NCBI GenBank assembly: GCA_030390025.1
Contig: CM059433.1
Location: 12,898,001-12,962,000 of the forward strand
Source of the DNA: Squalus acanthias
Taxonomy: Eukaryota
DNA length: 64,000 nt
Direction of reading: 5' to 3'
The first letter of the stretch is position 1. Every line of letters begins with the position of its first letter. A program made the translations under genes and the position numbers. The notes beneath the pieces were generated by a model. The model did not search any database, was not told the origin of the DNA, and saw only the letters and a program-made list of their open reading frames with translations. Below are positions 12,286 to 24,080 of the stretch, in pieces.

Positions 12286-14114
12286 TATAATAAAATATTG
12301 GCAAATAAAATCAAGGAAAACCCAAAGATGTTTTATAAATACATTAAGAGCAAGAGGATAACTAAAGTAAGAGTAGGGCCTATTAGGGACCATAAAGGTA
12401 ACCTGTGTGTGGAGGCGGAAGACATGGGTATGGTTCTTAATGAATACTTTGCGTCTGTTTTCACAAAAGAAAGGGACGATGCAGACATTGCAATCAGGGA
12501 GGAGTGTGAAATATTAGATGAAATAAACATAGTGAAAGAGGAAGTATTAAAGGGTTTAGCATCTTTGAAAGTGGATAAATCCCCAGGCCCGGTTGAAATG
12601 TATCCCAGAATGTTAAGAGAAATAGGAGAGGAAATAGCAGAGGCTCTGACCATCATTTTCCAATCCTCTCTGGCTACAGGTGTATTGCCGGAGGACTGGA
12701 GGACTGCTAACGTGGTACCGTTGTTCAAAAAGAGAGAAAGGAATAGACCGAATAATTACAGGCCAGTCAGCCTAACCTCGGTGGTGGGAAAATTATTGAA
12801 AAATTCTGAGGGACAGGATAAATCTTCATTTAAAAAGACATGGCTTAATCAGGGACAGTCAGCATGGATTTGTTAAGGGAAAATCGTGTCTGACTAACTT
12901 GATTGAATTTTTTGAGGAGGTAACAAGGAGGGTCGATGAGGGTAGTGCGTTTGATGTAGTCTATATGGATTTTAGCATGGCTTTTGATAAGGTCCCGCAT
13001 GGCAGACTGGTCATGAAAGTAAAAGCCCACGGGATCCAAGGCAAAGTGGTAAGTTGGATCCAAAATTGGCTCAGAGGCAGGAAACAAAGGGTAATGGTTG
13101 AAGGGTGTTCTGCAGGGCTCAGTACTCGGTCCTTTGCTTTTTGTGGTATATATCAATGATTTGGACTTGAATGTAGGAAGTATGATTAAGAAGTTTGCAG
13201 ATGATACAAAAATTGGTCATGTGGTTGATAATGAAGAAGAAAGCTGTAGACTGCAGGAAGATATCAATGGACTGGTCTGGGGGACAGAACAGTGGCAAAT
13301 GGAATTCAATCTGGAGAAGTGTGAGGTAATGCATTTGGGGAGGGCTAACAAGGAAAGGGAATACACAATAAATGGTAGGACACTGAGAAGTGCAGAGGAT
13401 CAGAGGGACCTTGGAGTGCATGTCCACAGATCCCTGAAGGTAGCAGGACAGGTAGATAAGGTGGTTAAGAAGGTATACGGGATACTTGCCTTTATTAGCC
13501 GAGGCATAGAATATATGAGCAGGGAGGTTATGCTTGAACTGTATAAAACAATAGTTAGGCCGCAGCTAGTATACTGCGTGCAGTTCTGGTCACCACATTA
13601 CAGGAAGGATGTGATTGCACTAGAGAGGGTGCAGAGGAGATTTACGAGGATGTTGCCTGGGCTGGGGAATTTTAGCTATGAGGAAAGATTGGATAGGTTG
13701 GGGTTGTTTTCTTTGGAACAGAGGAGGCTGAGGGAAACCTACTTGAGGTGTATAAAATTATGAGGGGCCTAGATAGAGTGGATAGGAAGGACCTATTTCC
13801 CTTAGCAAAAGGTCAATAACAAGGGGGCATAGATTTAAAGTAATTGGTAGGAGGTTTAGAGGGGATTTGAGGAGAAATTCTTTCACCCAGAGGGTGGTGG
13901 GGGTCTGAAATTCACTGCCTGAAAGGCTGGTAGAGGCAGAGACCCTCATCACATTTAAAAAGTACTTGGATATGCTCTTGAAGTGCCGTAACCTACAAGG
14001 CTACGGACCAAGTGCTGGAAAGTGGGTTCAGGGTGGATAGCTCTTTTTCGGCCGGCACGGACAAGATGGGCCGACTGGCCTCCTTCTGTGCTGTAAATTT
14101 CTATGATTCTATGA
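12286..14114 (+). mobile_element. 5'-truncated CR1 LINE (RT domain, frameshifted)
   Basis: ORFs 12238-12876, 12899-13159 and 13098-13763 carry YFASVFT, KSPGP, NYRPVSLTS, AFDKVPH, QGSVLGP, FADDTK; ends (TTCTATGA)n. Confidence 0.95.
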
Positions 14115-14849
14115 CATGCACCGTTGAGTGAACCCATCGGAATTTCGGCCCCTGTGTCTTTCTACTACATTTCAAATAAATGCATTGAAATTCTAAAAAG
14201 CACGGGGTGAAGAAAAATCTATACTGTTAAAAATTGCAGTAGAGTGGGATTCCTTCACACCCATCGAAAAGGATGCAGACCACCATCCCAAACTCCGGTG
14301 ACAGGATTATCAACATGATCGGGGCGGGTGGTCTGTACTTTCAAAGGTCCATCAGAAACACCACCCTGACGCACTGGTGAAAGTGAGAGTGGCTCACAGC
14401 TGCTCCTCTGGGGAGCCCCTGAGGCCCTTCCCACTTTAAAGGAATGGTGAGTTATTTTTTTCTTCAACTTCTAAAGGAGCCAAAAGACATTTTATTAAAA
14501 GTAATTGATCCCCTCTGGAATCAATTTACCTTCATCTTGGAAACGTTTGGGGCCTCAACAGAACTCAAGCCAGTTCTTAGCTGACAAGAGTTCCATTGGG
14601 CTGACCAGGGCATAATGGGTGGAATTCTCAGGGTAGCTTGTGAATTCTCCCAGACACACCCATTGTCACGGGAGGGATGGAAGACTCTCCACTCCGCTGA
14701 TTGGCGTGATTCCTGCACAGCGCAGAAATCTGACAGTTCCAGTTCTGCCGTAAACTTGCCTGCATGTGCTGCCGCCCTCTTCCCTCCAGCGAGTGATCTG
14801 TCCTCTCTCCACCGTCCCTAACCCCAGAAATTTCAGGGTTATTAAATCC

Positions 14850-15270
14850 ATCAGCTTTGGCTCATTTGGTAGCACTCCCACCTCTAAGTCAGACGCCTGT
14901 GGGTTCAAAATCCTACTCCAGATGAGGCGAGCACATAATCGAGCCTGACACTTCAGTGCGGGAGCGCTGCACTGTGTGGGGGGCCATCTTTCGGATGAGA
15001 TGTTAAGCCGAAGGTCCCTTCTGACCTCTCAGGTGGACGTAAATAATCCCATAGCACTATGTGAAGAGGAGCAGGGAAGTTCACCTGGCCAATATTTATC
15101 CTCAACCCACATCACTAAAAACAGATTATCTGGTCACTGCTGTTTGTGGAGCTTGCTGTGTGTAAATTCGCTGCCACGTTCCCTACGTTTCAGAAGGACT
15201 CAATTGGCTGCAAAGTGCTTTGGGACGTCCTGAGGTCTTGAAAGGTGCTGTATAAGAGCAAGTTCCTTTC
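14850..15270 (+). mobile_element. tRNA-derived Deu-domain SINE (SacSINE1-like)
   Basis: A box TGGCTCATTTGG, B box GGTTCAAAATCC, core TCTTTCGGATGAGATGTTAA; homologous to 30997-31390. Confidence 0.75.
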
Positions 15271-15689
15271 TTCCATTTCTTGCTTTTCTGCAGTCTGATT
15301 ATTCTTTTGATTGAAACTAAGAATGAAACCCGTTTCTAACTGGTCAATTAACTGTAGCAAAATGCAGTTTTCTGCAATTTAGTTGGTCTGTTAGTTGAAG
15401 CCAACGTTGAAACCCTTTCAGCCTGTTAATAAACACAGTCTAATTATTCTTAGTGCATAACCAGTACCTTAAATGAGAATTTAAAATTGTTGCTTTTTTT
15501 TTATTACACACTCACAGGAACACCTAACTTTACTTTGTGCATATTGTGGGGGCTCGAGTGTTTAGGGTGCACTTAAAACACACATACAACTGATGGCTAC
15601 TCAGAAGCACCTTCAAGAATTGCTGCTGAACAAACTAAACCATCACTTAGATCATATAAATAGCACACTGTGGGCTATTCCAGCAGTGG

Positions 15690-16760
15690 AATGCACAATG
15701 TCTGGTGAGAAGTGGAGGGGGCGCGCAGAAGACAGAAAGCATGGCTCTCTGTGAAGTGAAGAGGCAAGCTCCCAATGCCCAAGAGTGTGAGGCAGGTATG
15801 GGAGGTCAAGCACAAGGTCGCGTAGCAGGAATGTCTAGAAGGATATCCGGAAGAAGTTGTTCCACTTGAAGAAAAATACCAAGGTAAGAAAGGAGAATGA
15901 GTGTGAATAAAGGTAACCTGCCAGTTAAAGAGGCAGCTACTCATGTAGTTAACAACTGACGCCAATCAAAGTAAATTACAGGTGTCAGACGAGCTATCTT
16001 TAATACTTAAAGCAAATTGATCCAGTAACCTGCTGAAAATGCAACACAAAGGGAAGTAATGAACATAGTTGAGAACTAGCACAGCAGGATCAGAGAAGTA
16101 AAACTTAGAATGATGAACTGCAGAAAGGCTGATGGCTGATTATAATTATTGACACAAATAGCTGTCAATTAAAATGCACTCAGCCACTCTCAAAAATTCT
16201 CTTACATATTTTGTAGGCAAGGTACTTTATATTCAGGGAAGCTGCGAATGATGCCATAAAACAGTGCTGTTGCTTCACACAAAAACAGCACAAGGTATTC
16301 ACTCATTCAGTGAAAATTTACCTTCTCGTCACAGAAAAATGCTGTTTTCAACAGAAGTCACAATGCGCAGAAGGGTCAAGGAACTCAGCAGGCCAAACCA
16401 CCCACTCCTTTGAAGATGCTATCATGAACGTCTTTGGCTGGGGAAACTGTAATCTGCAAGGCAGACTCGGAGAACCTACGCTCCAGGCTTGTGTATTTAT
16501 AATCACCTACCTTGTCTGCACAAATGCAGTTGTAAAGCTGTGACTGTACTGTGTATTTGAAATGTGTCAAGAACTGTCTGTGTAGCAACAGCAACATATC
16601 TAATTATTTGCATTGACTTCTTGTTACAGGAAAAGCCGCAACCCAAAGAGCAACAAGCAGCAGCAAGCCTCGCCACAGCACTTAGCACAATCACCACTAT
16701 TAACACCACACCAGCCAGAGACACATATTTCGGAGTGATTTAGAAGAGGAAGCATTGGGT
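15690..16760 (+). pseudogene. Possible spliced Harbinger Myb/SANT-like gene remnant
   Basis: Degenerate LV.EV...W..V...RKKLFHLKKNTK|GTAAG at ~15700-15890, plus later exon-like AG..GT blocks (16217, 16630-16758); stops present. Confidence 0.3.
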
Positions 16761-17647
16761 GAGTCATTTCTCATGATTGTGGAAAGGGCAGAGGTGGTAG
16801 CTGAAGAAGGCTGGGTTGCTGCTGAGTGGAGGCACAGTACAGTCATAGAACCTGTTGAGTTACTTCTTGACTGACCTGATGAGGCCAGCTTTGAAATGGA
16901 GGGTATTTCATGAGCAGGCTGGGTACACCAGTCACTTGGCCCCTTGCAGACTATGTTGCACTGCAGATTCCACTAATCAGTTGTGCACTCTCATAAAACT
17001 GGTCTACAGATTGTCATTGAGCAACAGGCAGCACCAGTGCATGGGAGACCTCAGCCATGCAGATGCCAAGCACAGTTGCAGCATCTCTCAAGAGTGGTCC
17101 TACTGATAATACATAGGCATTGAGGTCTTCACTTCCTGATGCAGTAATGGCTGGTTTACAAGAGCTTGAAGACACTTCACAGCAGCAAACAGAGATGGCC
17201 AATGTAAAGACTTATTCTCCAACAAGGACTAGTCATATTGCTGTCAAATGCTGCCAGTCCCTTGCCTGCAGCTACTTCTGGACAAGTGACAGGAGAACTC
17301 CTTTAAAACAAGTAAGCCTTAGCACCTGAACTGTGACGGGGTGTTCCTGACACACAGATAGGACTGTCTGGGCCTACCAAGGACGATTAAATCACAAGAG
17401 GATCCACAGCAGACATCCCAAGAAGTTTTCCTTATGTAATACATCACACAGCAGTAATAGATTAAAAATATCAGTCATTCATATACCACAAGGTGTTGGC
17501 ATCGCAACACGTCATATTCTAATAAACACACAATATATTATCTTAAATTTTGCAGTCATTTTTTACTTTTGAAATTAATAGTTTTCCACAAAAACGTTAC
17601 TGTGGAATGGTTGTTTATTTCAAAACAAAACTCTAATAAAACATAAA

Positions 17648-18452
17648 AGTGAGGTTATTCACTTTGGTAGGAAGAATAGAAAAACAGAATATTTTTTAAA
17701 TGGTAAGAAACTTTCAAATGTTGGTGTTCAGAGAGATTTGGGTGTCCTCATGCAAGAAACACAGAAAGCTAGCATGCAGGTACAGCAAGCAATAAGGAAG
17801 GCAAATGGCATGTTGGCCTTTATTACAAGGGGGTTGGAGTACAAGAGTAAGGAAGTCTTGCTACAATTGTACAGGGCCTTGGTGAGACCACACCTGGAGT
17901 ACTGTGCACAGTTTTGGTCTCCTTATCTAAGGAAGGATATATTTGCCTTGGAGGCGGTGCAACGAAGGTTCACTAGATTAATTCCTGGGATGAGAGGGCT
18001 GTCCTATGATGAGAGATTGAGTAGATTGGGCCTGTACTCTCTGGAGTTTAGAAGAATGAGAGGTGATCTGATTGAAACATACAAGATTCTGAAGGGGATT
18101 GACAGGGTAGATGCTGAGAGGTTGTTTCCCCTGGCTGGAGAGTCTAGAACTAGGGGGCATAGTCTCAAGATAAGGGGTCGGCCATTTAAGGCTGAGATGA
18201 GGAGGAATTTCTTCACTCAGAGGGTTGTGAATCTTTGGAATTCTCTGTCCCAGAGGGCTGTGATGCTGAGTCTTTGAGTATATTCAAGGCTGAGATAGAT
18301 AGATTTTTGGACTCATGGGGAATCAAGGGATATGGAGATCGGGCGGGAAAGTGGAGTTGAGGTCGATGATCAGCCATGATCTTATTGAATGGTGGAGCAG
18401 GCTCGAGGGGCCGTATGGCCTACTCCTGCTCTTATTTCTTATGTTCTTATGT
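17648..18452 (+). mobile_element. CR1 LINE 3' fragment
   Basis: ORF 17738-18277 (LYRALVRPHLEYCAQFWSP..RRMRGDLIETYKI); tail (TTCTTATG)n. Confidence 0.95.
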
Positions 18453-18639
18453 TCGTAAAAGCAGGTCTTATGGAAAGCAGTGCTCGGTCAGAGCTTGGTC
18501 TGCCCATGCTGTATCCTGCAGTGGCTGCTGAGCTTCTGCTAACTGCACTTTATCATCTCCTATCTTCCCTACCCCTTACTTTTCTGTGCCATGACTTGTA
18601 GTGACTCCTCTACCTCAAACATATATATGTTAATGTCAA

Positions 18640-21020
18640 TTCCCTACTCGCATATTCCTTAAAGCCCTTACTTTCCAATGATCTATCTCCCTTTTAAAAC
18701 ACCTCAATTAGTATTGCATCTATGGCTTTCAGGGATCGTGTGTTTCACATTCTCACGACCCATTGTGTGAAGAAGATTTTCCTGGATTAGCTTTTAATTA
18801 GTTTCGCTTGAATTCTAAGGTTATAGTCATTAGTTCTGCATGCCTCTACCAGAGGAAGAAGTTGTTCACTAGCTGCTCGGTCAATTCCCTTTCGTTATTT
18901 AAACACCTTGATCAGATTATCTCTTAGCCCCCCTCATCTCCAGAGAATTTAGCCCCTGTTCACCCAGCCTATCTTCAGAACTCATTTCCTTCACGCAGGT
19001 ATTATTCTGGTAAATAGACGCTGGACTTTCTCAAAGGGCAATACATCCATCCTAAGGCGAGGCTCCAAAACTAGTCCCGAGCAGCAGTGCAAAGCTGGTG
19101 ATATTGTATTGGCAGCCCATTTTAACCGCCGCCACCAGATTTTTTTTGCCAATTCCACTACCCCTTCTATTTTTGGTATTCTCTCCAAATTTGACCAATT
19201 TGCATTGAGCTTCTGAATCCAAGTTGTTCATGTAAATTAGAAACAGTAATGGTCCCAATACTGAGCTTTGGCGCACCCCATTCAGTACCCCCATCCCGCC
19301 ATCACTCCTCTAACCAATACCCATTGTTTTCTGCCCTTCAGCCAGTTTCTTATCCATTCCCAAGTTTTGTTTTGAATTTCCACACCATTGAGTTGAATCC
19401 TCATAACTTTGAGTTAAGTAGTAAGTAGTCTTTCAGGTGAAACTTTACTAAGTGCCTTTTGGAAGCACAAGTACACAATGTCTTAAGGTGTACCACAGTC
19501 AACTTGTGTTGTCAGTTCCTCACGGAAATGATGGAGGTTGGTCAGGCAGGCACTTTCCTGTCTAAAGCTGTGTTGACTGCTGTTTACTGGGTTGCTATAT
19601 AGATAATCCTCAAGTTTACTCCTGAAAATCAATTTCCTTAATTTACATGGACTGGAAGTGACATTAATGAGTCTGTAGTTGCCTGTGTCTGTTTTGTCAC
19701 CCTTTTTGAATATGGGCACCATATTAGCCTGTTTCTAATCTACTGATACATCCCCAGTGCCAATTGACTCTCTTATAATGATTGTCAGTGCCTCTCAAAT
19801 TGCCTCCGTTGTCTCTCTCAGCACTCTGGGATACATACCATCTAACTCTGGCCATTTGTTTGCTTTGCGTCCTTTCAGCTTGTCTAGAGCTTCCATCTCC
19901 TTTTATAGCAGGATCCTAAATCTTGCCTTGGTACTTTGAGGAGGGCATTATCCTTCATACTTTAAGGAAGTAATCATTCAGAATATTTACTATTTCATGC
20001 TGATCTGAAGTTTCAATACATTTTCATATTTTAATGTTCTCGCTCCTTTCAGAAAGACCTCTTGCTATTGTGGTACTGAAAGGTTTTCATACTGTCATGG
20101 TTTGCCTTCACAGCTGTCCTTTTTTTCTAGGTCTCTCATTGCCCCTCTGATCAACATGTTGGCACGTTTCTGCATTTTCTTGTATCACCCCAGTAAACCC
20201 CTTCCCCCTTTTTCCCAGTAAATTAATTTCCTCCTGTTTATTTCACCTTTACAACAACAACTTGCAGTTATATAGCATCTTGAACACAAAAAGAAAAAGT
20301 CCCAAGGCACTTCACAGAAGTGTAAAGAACATTTTTAAAATTTGTTAATCCTTTTATGGTCACACTTGTTTATTTTAATCTTGCTGATTTTAAGCATGTC
20401 TTTGTCCAGCATGCTCAGCATTATTCTTTTAAAAGCGTTCTATTTAACATCTGCTGAAATATTGAAAACAACTTCCTCCAATCCATTTGTCTTTGGTATA
20501 ACTGAATCCCAGATCATCTTGTATTTGATCATTATGTGGTCACTGTTTTCCAGGAGTGCCGTGACTTCCATTTCCTATCGGATTTCTGGGTCATTAACAA
20601 ATACTAGGTCAGGATGAACACAGTGTCCCATATCCAGTGAGTCACGAAGCAGTCACACATTCCATTTAGCAATTCTGACTCTAAACCACTTAGGTTTTCC
20701 AAATTTATATTGGTTGATTGAAGTCTCCCATTAAGACAACTTTCCTGTGCTCACACACCCTTCGTTATCTCTTTGTAGAACAAACTGTTCTCCTTCTTGT
20801 GTTGACCTGGTGGTCGATAGCATACCCCCAGTGTTAGCTTGGACCTTTTCACTTTAGAGATTTCTATCCAGAGTACTTCTTCATGTAGTTTGCTCCCTCT
20901 CAGACAATGAACTATATTTCCCTCCTAACTGTCCCTGACATATCTGACTACAACACCTCTTTTTTTTGTCCCTTATGAACAGTCTATATCCCTGAATATT
21001 AAATTAATATGTTCTTGCAT
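18640..21020 (-). mobile_element. Old, degenerate CR1 LINE (endonuclease to RT)
   Basis: Minus-strand remnants GVCYRPPG, VPIFKKGDKTDTGNYRLI, GVRQSSVLGPLLFLIYMNNLD, EKVQR; many stops. Contains an L2/SINE tail near 20250-20330. Confidence 0.8.
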
Positions 21021-21025
21021 TCTTA

Positions 21026-21202
21026 TATATTCAAGACAGAGATCGATAGATTTTTGAATATTAAGGGAATCAAGGGATATGGGGATAGTGCAGGAAAGTG
21101 GAGATGAGGTAGAAGATCAGCCATGATCTTATTGAATGGCGGAGCAGGCTCCTGGGGCCAAATGGCCGACTCCTGCTCCTATTTCTTATGTTCTTATGTT
21201 CT
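21026..21202 (+). mobile_element. CR1 3' UTR fragment
   Basis: Near-identical to 18280-18452; (TTCTTATG)n tail. Confidence 0.85.
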
Positions 21203-22153
21203 AATATCCATGCTCTGGATTTAGCCATGTTTACACACAGGTGCTCTCTTGCAGCTTAGATCCTCTCCGCTGTCTGCTATTAACATGATTTTTTTGGACA
21301 GCTGTCCCTTGAAAAGTTTTTTCTCCCTGCGCTGTCAATTTAGTAAAAAAAAAACTAAGTTGGTTGATACTTCTTTTTGTTTACTTTATCATTGAACCGA
21401 CTGCTGTTCCTGAAGCTTTTCAGAGGGAACTCTTTCACCGTGACATATCTCACCACCTTTCCACTTCTCGCTTTACTGTTGCTCTAATATTGATAGCTGC
21501 TAATGGAATCTTCCTGCAACCTTAGATTAAACAGTCTTTCGTCTGTCTTCAACATTTATGTATCTGGAAGTCTTTAGATTATTTATGAAGTTGTGGGAAC
21601 CCTCCAGAAAACAGCATGCTGGCCCAACTGTAGAATTGTGCTCTTGAAAGTAACTGAAAAGTTTTTCCAATCCCATTAAAAACTACTAAACATCTATGAA
21701 GAGCAGCAGGATCCAATGAAAATGCTATTGTTCTCATTTGGAACATTGTGGAAAAAGCACAAAATAATATTGATTTAAATCATGAAATTCCATAGATCTG
21801 AATACTTGCCTGGGTGTTCCATGGATTCATCAATACTAAACAAACAATGGGACCTATCAAGAGAACAGTTTAATTTTATTCTATGTCTACTTTCAGTTTC
21901 AACATTTATACAATCTTCAACTAAATACAACAACAACAACAACTTGTATTTATATAGCACCTTTAACGTAGTAAAGCATCCCAAGGCGTTGCACAGGAGT
22001 ATTTTAAGACAAGAAATTTGACACTGAGCCACATGAGGAGAAATTAGAGCAGGTGACCAAAAGCTTGGTCAAAGAGGTAGGTTTTAAGGAGCGTCTTAAA
22101 GGAGGAAAGAGAGGTAGCGAGGCGGAGAGGTTTAGGGAGGGAATTCCAGAGCG

Positions 22154-22997
22154 TCTTCCTTCTTCTTAGGCAGTCCCTCGGAACCGAGGATGACTTGCTT
22201 CCACATTAAAAATGAGTTCTCAGGTGACTGATGAGTCCAATGCGGGACCTACAGTCTCTGTCACAGGTGGGGCAGACGGTGGTTGAAGGGGCGGGTGGGT
22301 GGGGTGCTTGGGTTGACGTGCGCTCCTTGCGCTGCTTGCGCTTGGCGAAGAGACTCAAGGTGTTCGGCGCCTTCCCGGATGCTTCTCCTCCACTTTGTGC
22401 AGTCTTGGGCCAGGGATTCCCAGGTGTCGGTGGGGATGTTGCACTTTTCCAAGGAGGCTTTGAGGGTGTCCTTGAAGCGTTTCCTCTGCCCACCTGGGGC
22501 TCTCTTGCTGTGTCGGAGCTCAGAGTAGAGCGTTTGTTTTGGGAGTCTCGTATCGGGCATGCGGACGATGTGACCCATCCATCGGAGCTGATTGAGCGTG
22601 GTCAAAGCTTCGATGCTGGGGATGTTGGCCTGAGCGAGAACACTGACATTGGTGCGCCTATCCTGCCAATGGATTTGCAGGATCTTGCGGAGGCAGCGTT
22701 GGTGATACCTCTCCAGTGCTTTAAGGTGCCTGCTGTACATGGTCCATGTCTCTGAAGTGTACAGGAGGACAAGTATCACTACTGCTCTGTAGACCATGAG
22801 CTTAGTGCTGGGTTTGAGGTCCTGGTCTTCAAAAACTCTCTCCTTCAGGTGACTGAAGGCTGCACTGGCACACTGAAGGTGGTGTTGGACTTCGTCATCG
22901 ACGTCTGCCCTTGTTGATAGTCGGCTCCCGAGGTATGGAAAGTGGTCCGTGTTGTCCAAGGCCTCGTCGTGGATTTTGATAATCGGGGGGCAGTACT
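22154..22997 (-). mobile_element. RTE-clade LINE 3' fragment
   Basis: FPYLGS..ASAAF..TKLMVYRAVV..LLYTSETWT..HQRCLRKIL..GGQRKRFKDTLK and C-terminal CPTC..HLRTH zinc finger; (GAA)n-like tail. Confidence 0.9.
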
Positions 22998-23410
22998 GTG
23001 AGCTCGGGGCCAGGGATCGTGAGTGGAGCTTGGGGCCAGGGATCGCGTGAGGAGCTCCGGGCCAGGAATCGCGAGGGGAGCTCGGGGCCAGGAATCGCGA
23101 GGGGAGCTCGGGGCCAGGGATCGCGTGAGGAGCTCCGGGCCAGGAATCGCGAGGGGAGCTCGGGACCAGGAATCGCGAGGGGAGCTCCGGGCCAGGAATC
23201 GCGAAGGGAGCTCGGGGCCAGGGATCGCGAGTGGAGCTCGGGGCCAGGGATCGCGAAGGGAGCTCGGGGCCAGGGATCGCGAGTGGAGCTCGGGGCCAGG
23301 AATCGCGAAGGGAGCTCGGGGCCAGGAATCGCGAGGGGAGCTCAGGGCTAGGGATCGTGAGTGGAGCTCGGGGCCAGGAATCGCGAGGGGAGCTCGGGGC
23401 CAGGAATCCT
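22998..23410. repeat. GC/CpG-rich minisatellite, ~26-bp unit, ~16 copies
   Basis: Unit GAGCTCGGGGCCAGG(A/G)ATCGCGAG(G/T)G read directly. Confidence 0.95.
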
Positions 23411-23964
23411 GAGCTTAGGGCCAAGGTAACTGAAGGCACGGCCACCAATGGTTGAGCGATTATAATCAGGGATGCTCAAGAGGACAGAATTAGAGGAGCA
23501 CAGATATCTTAGGACGGTTGTGGGGCTGGAGGAGATTACAGAGATAGGGAGGGGCGAGGTCATGGAGGGTTTTGAAAACAAAGATGAGAATTTTGAAATC
23601 GAAGCGCTGCTTAACCGGGAGCCAGTGTAGGTCAGCGAGCACAGGGGTGATGGGCGAACGGGACTTGGTGCAAGTTAGGACACGGGCAGCTGAGTTTTGG
23701 ATGACCTCAAGTTTATGTAGGGTAGAACGTGGGAGGCAGCCAGGAGTGCATTGGAATAGTCAAGTCTAGAGGTAACAAAGGCATGGATGAGGGTTTCAGC
23801 AGCGAATGAGCTGAGACAAGGGCTGAGATGGGCGATGTTAACGGAGGTGGAAATAGGCGGTCTTAGTTATGCTGCAACTATGTGGCAAATGAGCTCATTT
23901 CAGGGTCAAATATGACACCAAGGTTGCGAACAGTGTGGTTCAGCCTCAGACAGATGTTAGGGAG

Positions 23965-24080
23965 AAATACATAAAAACTGGCCATCAGTTAAGACATTTT
24001 GTGAATAGAAACCAATTTTTTTTTAATGCAGTCTCAATGGTAAAATGATTCACACTTGGTCGAAATGCCGAGAGTCCCAC
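23965..24080 (+). repeat. ~115-bp direct repeat, copy 1 (copy 2 at 26850-26966)
   Basis: CATCAGTTAAGACATTTTG..TGGTCGAAATGCCGAGAGTCCCAC at both positions with few differences. Confidence 0.9.

Larger units (their letters stand above)
11755..14151. mobile_element. Harbinger-type MITE split by a hammerhead palindrome and a CR1
   Basis: Ends GGCTCAAAATTCCGAT / ATCGGAATTTCGGCCC with CTG on both flanks; a related inverted copy lies near 14250-14720. Confidence 0.55.
21927..23964 (-). mobile_element. L2 LINE 3' portion, interrupted by an RTE and a minisatellite
   Basis: (CAA)n tail at 21927; 21930-22152 and 23410-23700 are the reverse complement of the L2 copy at 39915-40420 (LHWLPVKQR motif). Confidence 0.85.

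Noticed and set aside
22998..23410. CRISPR-like array
   Set aside because: Contiguous tandem units without unique spacers, in a vertebrate intron with no cas genes.
22261..23448. 395-aa ORF with repetitive N-terminus as a novel gene
   Set aside because: Chimera of L2, minisatellite and RTE sequence with no independent gene evidence.
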